A stretch of 10,833 nucleotides of DNA from Candidatus Heimdallarchaeota archaeon (GTDB lineage Archaea; Asgardarchaeota; Heimdallarchaeia; Heimdallarchaeales; Heimdallarchaeaceae), in assembly GCA_030668875.1 (NCBI GenBank), contig DAOVER010000076.1:1-10833 (forward strand). Direction: 5' to 3'. The notes beneath the pieces are model-generated. The model saw only the letters and a list, made by a program, of their open reading frames with translations, searched no databases and was not told where the DNA came from. Below, piece by piece: positions 1 to 7,242 of the stretch (its first letter is position 1; the number at the start of each line of letters is the position of its first letter). The position numbers and the translations under genes were made by a program.

Positions 1-2
1 TC

Positions 3-1463
3 CGCACTTTCCTATATAAACCCGTAGAAAAAGTACTGCAGGTAAAAATACTTCCGCCCTCCCTTGTAGAGTGCAATGACTCCCCACCACAACCCTTCTG
101 GCAAGATTGGATAAGATTTGCAGACACAGTTGTTTACGGTATTTATTTAGAACAAGAATTATCATCATCAGTTCCAGCAATTGTTAAGTTCAATAACATT
201 ACACAAAACAACTATGGGATATATTTATTTCACTTTGTTGGTGCTAGTATTACTTACAATTTACTGTTATTAAACACTCATTACGGCGTATATCTAGGCT
301 ATGCTGCAACTAACAATCTTGTGCATCACAATGCTTTTTTGAATAACAACGTATCTCACAGTTCCCAAGGATATGATGAAGCAGCAATTAATTTATGGTA
401 TGATGCAGCAAACAAGGAAGGAAACTTATGGACAGAGTGGAGCGGTTTTGGTTTTTATTCTATTGATGGTGCTTCGAACTCTGAAGACTTGTACCCATAT
501 GGTTTAGATAATGACAATGATGGAATGGCGGATAATTGGGAATTGTTTTATGGATTAAACATTACAATTAATGATGCAGATCTAGATGAAGATTCTGACG
601 GATTAAACAATTTAGGTGAGTTTTACCATAAAACTGACCCAACTGACTTTGATACTGACAACGATCTTATGCCTGACGGCTTTGAAGTAGATTATGATTT
701 AGACCCACTAATCAACGATTCTCACATAGATTACGATAGCGATGGATTAACCAATTTAGAGGAATATCAAGAAAATACAAAACCTAGAACTTGGGATTCT
801 GATGAAGATGGTTTAAATGATGGACTTGAAGTTAAGACCTATTTCACAAACCCTCTTTCAAATGACACTGATAGTGACAATATGGATGATTATTGGGAAG
901 TTCTCTACGAACTGAACGCAACTGAATACAATCCTGATGAGGATTATGATGGTGATACTTTAACAAATATTCTAGAATATAATTTGGGAACAAAACCCAA
1001 TAATGAAGATAGTGATGGTGATACTTTACCAGATAAGTATGAATATGAAAATAACTTAGACCCAGCTGTTCCAGATGCAGGAGAAGATCCAGATGGTCTT
1101 ACCAATTTTCAAGAGTATAATTATAACACCAATCCTCAACTGAACGACACTGATTCAGATTTGATGCCCGACGGTTGGGAAGTAGATTATGGATTAAATG
1201 CTACTAAAGATGATGCTGGAGAAGATCCAGATGGAGATGGTCTTACCAATTATGAAGAATATCTGATTGATACTGATCCCTTGAATGCCGACAGCGATGG
1301 AGATGGATTTAGCGATGGAGATGAAGTTGTTGCAGGCACAAACCCTAATGACATAAATGACTACCCTGTAATCATTCCAGAATATACCATATCATCCCTT
1401 ATGTTACTAGTTGTAGGAACTATATCTTTAACCTTCTTACTAACACAGAAAAAGTTGAAATAG
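3..1463 (+). CDS. 5'-partial cell-surface protein: parallel beta-helix (NosD/CASH-like) region, bacterial/archaeal TSP3-like Ca-binding repeats, and C-terminal IPEY-TM-basic anchor
   Basis: My translation shows the frame of the 321..1463 ORF is open back to position 3, so the GTG at 321 is probably not the true start. Upstream residues YGIYLEQ...NNITQNNYGIYL...YGVYLG...NNLVHHNAFLNN...GNLW have the beta-helix/NosD pattern. Twelve DxDxD-type repeats follow, then IPEY, a hydrophobic helix and KKLK. Codons in about 3-130 do not look like this family. Confidence 0.85.
   Translation, partial: RTFLYKPVEKVLQVKILPPSLVECNDSPPQPFWQDWIRFADTVVYGIYLEQELSSSVPAIVKFNNITQNNYGIYLFHFVGASITYNLLLLNTHYGVYLGYAATNNLVHHNAFLNNNVSHSSQGYDEAAINLWYDAANKEGNLWTEWSGFGFYSIDGASNSEDLYPYGLDNDNDGMADNWELFYGLNITINDADLDEDSDGLNNLGEFYHKTDPTDFDTDNDLMPDGFEVDYDLDPLINDSHIDYDSDGLTNLEEYQENTKPRTWDSDEDGLNDGLEVKTYFTNPLSNDTDSDNMDDYWEVLYELNATEYNPDEDYDGDTLTNILEYNLGTKPNNEDSDGDTLPDKYEYENNLDPAVPDAGEDPDGLTNFQEYNYNTNPQLNDTDSDLMPDGWEVDYGLNATKDDAGEDPDGDGLTNYEEYLIDTDPLNADSDGDGFSDGDEVVAGTNPNDINDYPVIIPEYTISSLMLLVVGTISLTFLLTQKKLK
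507..1367 (+). repeat. Twelve tandem coding repeats of about 20-27 aa (consensus DxDxDG[L/M]x[D/N]xxE...[T/L][N/D]P), TSP type-3-like calcium-binding
   Basis: Counted directly in the translation from DNDNDG to DSDGDG. Nucleotide-level similarity between units is visible, e.g. 1074-1112 vs 1212-1256 and GATGGTGATACTTTA at 949 and 1015. Confidence 0.9.
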
Positions 1464-1552
1464 TAACCACATGCAAATTTCCACTTTATTTTAGTATAGC
1501 AGAGGTTTCAAAATAGTTAGTGCAATTCAAAAAGGAAGGATTAAGAGCTTCA

Positions 1553-1873
1553 ATGATGAAGTCCAAGCGAATTCACAATAATAATCTATTACTTCTTGCT
1601 TCAACATTTGCTATCAACATTTTTTCTAGTATATTTTTAGCTCAAGTATATGCAGACGATGATGACCCAGAGGGAGATGATGATGGTTTTGGCAAAGATT
1701 TGTGTTCTATTGCAATTGAATTTTTAGCTTTTGTTACCCTTAATATCATTGCACTTTATATTTCAAAGGTTCTAGGAAATTGTTGAGCGATGAAGGTAAA
1801 GCTGGTAAAACTAAGGCAACGATTACGTCCATCTATCAAGAAATCGGAAAACCTTTGAGCGACATTATTTTCG
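1553..1873 (+). pseudogene. Frameshifted and 3'-truncated small membrane-protein gene (signal/TM, acidic DDDDPEGDDD tract, TM, basic segment)
   Basis: ORFs 1520..1786 and 1780..1980 join into one plausible protein if one T is restored in ATATTTC at about 1759-1764, giving ...LYIFKGSRKLLSDEGKAGKTK.... The reading then runs directly into the antisense of the degV stop codon (1874-1876). The likely start is ATG at 1553 or 1556. Confidence 0.55.
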
Positions 1874-2740
1874 CTAGTCATTTAATACTGGCGATATTGT
1901 TGCTATTGCAGCTCCTTTTCCTATTGCCCATATTATCATTGATGGAAGATCCCAGTAATGTATGTCTTTTATCGGAATAACTTTTGGTATCTCCTTTTCA
2001 AGTTTCTTACTTAATTCAGGCGCCATAGAATCAAGTAAGAAAAGGTCATAAGTCAAACCTTCTTGGGCTTTTCCTTGAAGATTCTTGATGACTTTCTTAA
2101 TTGCTCCTTTGTAACCTAGTCCACCACCAATTCCAACTACACCTTGATCTAAATTGATTTCAAACAGAGGTTTTAGTCTCATCACAGAGGAGATAACAGA
2201 AATCTTGATTCCCTTTTTTATTCGACCTGTGCGAAATAGTGTATTAAAATCAGCAGAGAGTCCTGCAGAATGTACAAGATTTTTTATAGAATCTAAATAT
2301 TGAATGATTTCTTCGACAGTCTTACCTTTTTTAAACAGCTTAATAGCAGAATAAATCATCGCTCCCTGACTTGGCCCCATCAAGCCTGTGGGATAGATAG
2401 TAACTTTAATCTTTTTATGTACTTTCTTAGATGCCATTTTAGCAGAGGCAATCATATTAGTAATATTGGGACTAACTGCAATATAAAAAATCTCATCATA
2501 ACCTTCTTTTATTGCATGTTCATAAATTTCTAGTGCAGCTGGGGGACTAGCTAAACTGGATTTTGGATAAGGATCGATATAACTCAAACTTTCAACAAAT
2601 TCTTCTTTATTGATATCTGAAAGTTCTTTATACATTTTACCATCTATATCAAAGAGAGTTTCAAAGAAAGTAATATTTTCTTTTTCAGCATATTTGAGAG
2701 GTAAACAAGAAGTTGGATCTGTCATTATTTTGATTTTCAT
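1874..2740 (-). CDS. DegV/FakB-family lipid (fatty-acid)-binding protein
   Basis: 288 aa. N-terminal KIKIMTDxTxxLP, central GxxQG, L.RTGRI, KP(L/I), and C-terminal IGxGA all match the DegV family layout as I recall it. Confidence 0.9.
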   Translation of the reverse strand: MKIKIMTDPTSCLPLKYAEKENITFFETLFDIDGKMYKELSDINKEEFVESLSYIDPYPKSSLASPPAALEIYEHAIKEGYDEIFYIAVSPNITNMIASAKMASKKVHKKIKVTIYPTGLMGPSQGAMIYSAIKLFKKGKTVEEIIQYLDSIKNLVHSAGLSADFNTLFRTGRIKKGIKISVISSVMRLKPLFEINLDQGVVGIGGGLGYKGAIKKVIKNLQGKAQEGLTYDLFLLDSMAPELSKKLEKEIPKVIPIKDIHYWDLPSMIIWAIGKGAAIATISPVLND

Positions 2741-2761
2741 ACATTAACATTTATTTTCAAA

Positions 2762-2769
2762 ATATAAAA
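2762..2769 (-). promoter_or_regulatory. Candidate archaeal TATA box (TTTTATAT) for degV, implying a leaderless transcript
   Basis: Lies 22-29 nt upstream of the degV ATG at 2740, the expected spacing for a leaderless archaeal mRNA. The AT-rich background lowers specificity. Confidence 0.45.
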
Positions 2770-2898
2770 AACTATTGTAGTTCTATTGGTAAAAATTGGC
2801 ATTACTTCAATTCTAATAGTTTGTATTACATTATAGTCGATTTTGCAGTAAGGGTAATTTTATAGTAAGGGACAGATATTTGTACTTAAATACATATT

Positions 2899-3117
2899 TT
2901 ATTTACCAATACCTTCATTCCAAAGTGAAGGATTTTTACCGATGAAATCAGTCATATATTTTTTGCATTTGCTGTTGTTATTATTAATCAGTTCTACATT
3001 ATTTAGTCTTAAATAGTTTTCAGCGCTAATAAATGTCGTATTCTCACCAATAACAACTTTAGGAATTTTGTACAATACAGTAGCTCCTCTACACATGGTA
3101 CAAGGTGATAATGCGGA
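2899..3117 (-). pseudogene. 3' half of a cytosine deaminase (FCY1-like, CDA-fold nucleoside/nucleobase deaminase)
   Basis: LSPCTMCRGA...LYKIPKVVIGEN..F...E.YL...C...M..FI...P.LWNEGIG resembles the C-terminal half of yeast-type cytosine deaminase. The N-terminal HxE zinc motif is absent, and the conserved WxEDIG reads WNEGIG. Confidence 0.85.
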
Positions 3118-3134
3118 ATGGTTTCTGGATTTAT

Positions 3135-3420
3135 ATGAGTGACCCAACTAGAAACCCCGAAATATGGATAGAATCTTTAAAGCGGTTAATTTAGATAAGA
3201 CATTAATATAGTTGTACCTGGACATGAATCAATTGTTGGTAAAGAGTATATTGAAGAACAATTAATTTTTAGGAAAAAACTCAAAGAAAGAGTATTAGAT
3301 GCTCTTGCTCAAGGAAAGAAAGTTGAAAATGTTGATGTACCAAACTAGTATGAACTTGCAACTAATTTGCAGATTACAGAAGATTTGAAATTTCTTTTCA
3401 AGTTTTACTTGGAGAACTAA
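3135..3420 (+). pseudogene. 3' remnant of a metallo-beta-lactamase (MBL)-fold hydrolase gene
   Basis: Not in the ORF track. My translation gives MSDPTRNPEIWIESLKRLI* (frame from 3135), then a frameshift, then DINIVVPGHESIVGKEYIEEQLIF...VDVPN*YELA...FYLEN* (3199-3420, internal TAG at 3346). The 'W..SL..L...D...VVPGH(G)' pattern is the MBL-fold C-terminal motif. The HxHxDH motif is absent. Confidence 0.7.
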
Positions 3421-3627
3421 AAAATTAGTGATTCAAACTGGTGAACTCATTTCTTGAATTTCAACAAAAAAGTTATTCATTTAACCTGATTGAGCATCAC
3501 ATCAACGTTTAGTCTTGGAGAGACAGTCTTTGTAGCATATTTTGGAATCGTATGGAAGTAAATTTTTTTGAAACTTTCTTCTAAAAAGTAAGCGAAAGTT
3601 TTTTTTGTGGTGGATTTACTTTAATAT

Positions 3628-4656
3628 ATGAATTTGCAGAATGAGATTACAGAAAAAGGTAATCTATTAGATGACAAAGGCCATTTAATTCAAAAAGGCT
3701 GGGCTCGACGACCTTACTTGAAGTATAACAGAGAGAATTTAGGCAAAGGATGGTTAAGAACAAAGGAATGGGATTATTATGCTGTTTTACATTCTGAATT
3801 TGGCTTAAGCTTTACAATTACAGATTTAGGAATAATGGGTATTTACAATATTACTTGGCTTGATTTTAAAGAACGAACTTTTTTTCCAGATGAGGAAACT
3901 AAATTATTTACTAAAGGAAAAACCAATTTACCATTAACTTCAGAAAAAGGGGATATAAACTATAAGGGGAAAAATTTACAGATATCATTTCTTAAAAAAC
4001 CAAAAGCAAGAAAAATAGTATTTGACTTTCCTACTTTTATGGAAGGTGCTGGTTTATCTGGGTCTTTAGAGATGGATCAAAATCCAACTATGGATAGTAT
4101 GGTAATTCATACTCCTTGGAAAAATAAACCTAAATGTTTCTATTATAACCATAAAGTGAACTGCATGCCAACTGAAGGAAAAGTTGTTCTAGGTGGCAAG
4201 GAATATTTTTTCAAAAAAGAAAATAGTTTTGCAGTTCTAGATTGGGGCAGAGGAATTTGGCCTTATTCAGACACGTGGTACTGGGGCTCAGCATCAGGAA
4301 AACAAGGAAATGATATTATTGGCTTCAATATTGGATATGGTTTTGGTGATACTTCAGCTGCTTCTGAAAATATTTTCTACTTGAATGGAAAAGGACACAA
4401 GCTAAATCAAGTTGAATTTATTTTTAATCCAAAAGACTTCCTTAAACCTTGGAAGTTTACGAGTAACGATGGGCGATTTGAATTAGATTTTAAACCAATA
4501 TTAGACAGGAACTCAATTGTAAATCTATTTATTTTCAAATCTATTCAACATCAAGTTTTTGGACATTTTTCAGGAATGATCATTTTAGATGATGGTAATA
4601 AGTATGAGGTTAAAAATCTGTTAGGTTTTGCAGAAGAAGTAAAGAATAGATGGTAA
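3628..4656 (+). CDS. DUF2804 domain-containing protein
   Basis: 342 aa with LLD..G.L...GWAR.P, KEWDYY, F.YNHK, A.LDWGRG.W, and HQVFG.FSG motifs, which I recognise as DUF2804. Confidence 0.85.
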   Translation: MNLQNEITEKGNLLDDKGHLIQKGWARRPYLKYNRENLGKGWLRTKEWDYYAVLHSEFGLSFTITDLGIMGIYNITWLDFKERTFFPDEETKLFTKGKTNLPLTSEKGDINYKGKNLQISFLKKPKARKIVFDFPTFMEGAGLSGSLEMDQNPTMDSMVIHTPWKNKPKCFYYNHKVNCMPTEGKVVLGGKEYFFKKENSFAVLDWGRGIWPYSDTWYWGSASGKQGNDIIGFNIGYGFGDTSAASENIFYLNGKGHKLNQVEFIFNPKDFLKPWKFTSNDGRFELDFKPILDRNSIVNLFIFKSIQHQVFGHFSGMIILDDGNKYEVKNLLGFAEEVKNRW

Positions 4657-4662
4657 GCAAGT

Positions 4663-4699
4663 TTCTCCTTACGTAAATTATTTGGTAGGAGAATTTTTT
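4663..4699 (+). terminator. Possible hairpin plus T-tract terminator after the DUF2804 gene
   Basis: TTCTCCT (4663-4669) pairs with AGGAGAA (4687-4693), with 2 more bp after a bulge, and is immediately followed by TTTTTT (4694-4699). It starts 7 nt after the stop codon. Confidence 0.4.
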
Positions 4700-4707
4700 A
4701 GGCATTT

Positions 4708-4858
4708 AAAGCTATGTTGCATTTTTTCAAGTAAAACCTAAATAGCAAAACCTCTTACAAAATCTAAAGTACCTATTATTTTTTTCGAAAAATCTAATTC
4801 TTGATCATCTCTAAGATTAAGTTCGGACAATTGCTAACCTCTGAAAGAGGATTTTCAT
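4708..4858 (-). pseudogene. Degraded 5' remnant of a DUF1624/HGSNAT-like gene, paralogous to 7442..8881
   Basis: The minus strand reads ...KKIIGTLDFVRGFAI*VLLEKMQHSF, versus SRIATLDFSRGLAIFLMTFFHSF in the intact gene. Positions 4741-4777 match 8786-8822 at 28/37 nt without gaps. A candidate ATG at 4858-4856 is out of frame. Confidence 0.7.
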
Positions 4859-4949
4859 TTTTATAATTGATTTTAAGAATTTCTTGCTAAATAATCTAGA
4901 TATTAAAAGAAACTATCTAACCTTTGAAATTCAAACTTCAGTACAAATA

Positions 4950-4955
4950 TTTATA
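4950..4955 (+). promoter_or_regulatory. Candidate TATA box (TTTATA) for nadX
   Basis: Canonical archaeal hexamer preceded by an A-rich stretch, 44-49 nt upstream of the ATG at 4999. Confidence 0.35.
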
Positions 4956-4998
4956 CACTACTTGAGCTAATTTTTGTTGAATAGTAACACTACTAGGG

Positions 4999-5802
4999 AT
5001 GAAAATTAGAATGTCTCAAAAATTATGCATTATAGGTCTTGGATTTATCGGTTCTGAGATAATTAAGTATTTAGATCAATTTAGAAATAAAATAGAATTA
5101 TCGGCAGCTTTTGATATAGATAAGAAAAAGATGGAAGAGATTGCGGAAAGATATCCCAAAGTTAGATTAATGACTTCTATAACTGATTTCGATGACTGTG
5201 ATATTGTTATTGAAGCAGCTACACAACAAGTTGTAAAAGAGATATTTAGTAAAATTGTAAAAACAGAGAAAATTTTCATTCCTATGAGTATTGGAGCATT
5301 CATTACAGACAAAAAAATCTACTCAAGCTATGAGGCTTTAGAGAAATCAAAACGACAATTGATCAAATTTCCTTCAGGAGCAATTGGAGGGTTTGATGCA
5401 ATAAATTCTATTAAGCAAATAGGGATATTATCTGCAAAATTAACTACTACGAAACCTCCAGTTGTTTTTAGAGAACAGAGATATATTAAAGAAAACAAGA
5501 TTATTCTTTCAGCTAACAAGGTAACACAGGTTTTTAGTGGTAATGCAAGGGAAGCAGCTAAAGCATTTCCTAGAAGTATAAATGTGGGGGCAAGGCTCGC
5601 ACTTGCTACTCTAGGCCCCGAAGAAACTATAGTGGAAGTCTATACCGAACCTCTTATAAAGAAAAACACACACGAAATCGAAATCTATTCAGAGGTTGGT
5701 GTGTATAGATTCTCTTTCCAAAACAATCCTTCCCCAACAAATCCAAAAACAAGCTGGTTAGCAGCCTTATCAATCTTAGATGTCCTTGATCGGATTGATT
5801 AA
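4999..5802 (+). CDS. nadX: L-aspartate dehydrogenase (NAD biosynthesis, NadX family)
   Basis: 267 aa. Rossmann GLGFIG, VIEAA, S.GA, PSGAIGG.D, TTKPP, F.G.AREA...FP...NV, NTHEI (catalytic His retained), and NP.TSWLAALS. The start could alternatively be 5011. Confidence 0.92.
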   Translation: MKIRMSQKLCIIGLGFIGSEIIKYLDQFRNKIELSAAFDIDKKKMEEIAERYPKVRLMTSITDFDDCDIVIEAATQQVVKEIFSKIVKTEKIFIPMSIGAFITDKKIYSSYEALEKSKRQLIKFPSGAIGGFDAINSIKQIGILSAKLTTTKPPVVFREQRYIKENKIILSANKVTQVFSGNAREAAKAFPRSINVGARLALATLGPEETIVEVYTEPLIKKNTHEIEIYSEVGVYRFSFQNNPSPTNPKTSWLAALSILDVLDRID

Positions 5803-5857
5803 GAAAGGGTTGTACCTACTTCTTGAGCAGTAACGTAGAGTCTATCTGTCATTTATT

Positions 5858-7210
5858 TCATTGTCTTGAGATGTAATCAGTTAATAATTCATCTGGACAT
5901 ATTTTATTAAACATGGATTTGTAATGTATGTTCTTTCTAATTTTTGCAATAGCATCATAAAGATTCGTCAATGAAAAAATAAAAAGACCTATGGTTGCTC
6001 CTCCTAAAAGAAGCCCACCAAATATAAGAAGCACATAATCTAATACTCCAGAAAGGGGAAATAAAGTGAAACTCAATATTGTGGTTAAAACACCAAAAAT
6101 AATGGAAAGTGCTAATGCTCCAAAAGAAGCAAAAGGTCTAATCTGACTAGCGGGAATCTTGAGAGAAGCCTTTACCAGTTTTATACCCGTTATTGGAGGA
6201 ACATGTTTGTGTTTAGAGTATCCAAGGAAGTTGCTATTTTTTAGATTATTATAGTCATTAATCTTATATTCTCCTGTCTCAAACCTAGCGATTATTCTAA
6301 GAGGTAATAATTGCTGGGCAAAAGGAATATCACTTCTGATATTGCCTTCTATAAATTGAAAAGAAATAATACTCACTTTTTCACTTGAGGGAATCTCAGA
6401 GAGTTTTTGTTTCACATCATATTCATGTTTTTTTTCCTCAATTTCATATGATTCCTTTTCATTAAGATCTTCTACTCTTTTTCTTTGTTCTTCCTTGACT
6501 TCTTTCAAATCATAGATTGATTGAAGTTTCCCCTTTTTAACTGAAGGCTTAACAAGGGGGGTTACAGAACTTTTTACAGGTCTGTATTTAGGCGATATAA
6601 AAGAAAGAAGTGTATACATATACTCTCTAGCTGAGAGTTCTGGAGTAAGATAAGGAGTCTCAATTTGAATGTCCAAAACAGTTAATTTTCCAGGAGCAAC
6701 GGGAAGAATCTTTACTTGAGTAGATTCTTTACTAAAATCACATGGTAAAAATGGAGCTACTATCAAAGAAATAACTGACGGTGTTACTTTAGTAGTTGGA
6801 CCCATAAAAAATAATCGCATAAACATGTAATTCGGAAATCCTTTAACATTGTAAGGTAAAAAGCTGAATTTAATTCTGGATAGACCAATTTCATTATCAG
6901 TACCTTCAAACTGACCTCTGAAAGATGGTGTTTTTACTTTATCAAAATCAAACCATTTTAATTTATTAATTGTGAAATCATCAAAATTATCGAAAAAAAC
7001 AGGATTTGCAAAGAAATTCTCAATGACTAGGAATCTATTTTGAGGTTTTGTTATGTCAATTTCCTGTAAAGAGTCCAACATTTCTGTAAAAGTAAAAATA
7101 TATTCGGGAAATGATAGTTTAATACTTAATTCAAGTAGTTCTAGTTGAAACTTTTGTTTTTCAATTTTTTTTTGTTCTTCTCTCAGATACGACTTAATAG
7201 AATGAGCCAT
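5858..7210 (-). CDS. Hypothetical 450-aa protein with a charged central linker and two C-terminal transmembrane helices
   Basis: Long uninterrupted ORF with GAGGAA just upstream of the ATG. It has a Lys/Glu-rich stretch at about aa 225-275 and a hydrophobic hairpin at about aa 360-415. I recognise no family. Confidence 0.8.
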   Translation of the reverse strand: MAHSIKSYLREEQKKIEKQKFQLELLELSIKLSFPEYIFTFTEMLDSLQEIDITKPQNRFLVIENFFANPVFFDNFDDFTINKLKWFDFDKVKTPSFRGQFEGTDNEIGLSRIKFSFLPYNVKGFPNYMFMRLFFMGPTTKVTPSVISLIVAPFLPCDFSKESTQVKILPVAPGKLTVLDIQIETPYLTPELSAREYMYTLLSFISPKYRPVKSSVTPLVKPSVKKGKLQSIYDLKEVKEEQRKRVEDLNEKESYEIEEKKHEYDVKQKLSEIPSSEKVSIISFQFIEGNIRSDIPFAQQLLPLRIIARFETGEYKINDYNNLKNSNFLGYSKHKHVPPITGIKLVKASLKIPASQIRPFASFGALALSIIFGVLTTILSFTLFPLSGVLDYVLLIFGGLLLGGATIGLFIFSLTNLYDAIAKIRKNIHYKSMFNKICPDELLTDYISRQ

Positions 7211-7242
7211 AGTTCTTCCTCAATTTAAATCAATCTTATTCA

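Noticed and set aside
1-320. Possible diversity-generating retroelement variable region in the Asn-rich beta-helix
   Set aside because: I found no template repeat differing only at adenines and no reverse transcriptase or Avd gene in the window.
507-1367. Periodic repeats as a possible CRISPR array or non-coding repeat
   Set aside because: The repeats are degenerate at synonymous positions and in frame with a DxDxDG protein motif. There are no identical repeats with unique spacers and no cas genes.
1784-1786. TGA as a possible selenocysteine codon
   Set aside because: Read-through gives only about 23 unconvincing residues with no redox motif and no evident SECIS. A one-base frameshift explains the region better.
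1877-1980. Hydrophobic Leu-rich tail of ORF 1780..1980 that looks like a TM helix
   Set aside because: It is the antisense of the degV 3' end, so the hydrophobicity is probably incidental.
2300-2533. 77-aa plus-strand ORF
   Set aside because: It is entirely antisense to degV and has no motif; a shadow ORF.
3192-4740. In-frame stops in the remnants are TAG (3192, 3346, 4738-4740), raising possible pyrrolysine or amber readthrough
   Set aside because: The same remnants also have frameshifts, missing halves and lost catalytic residues. The intact degV and surface-protein genes end in TAG, and there are no pyl genes in the window.
5076-5519. Two minus-strand ORFs (5076..5312 and 5328..5519)
   Set aside because: Both are antisense shadows inside nadX.
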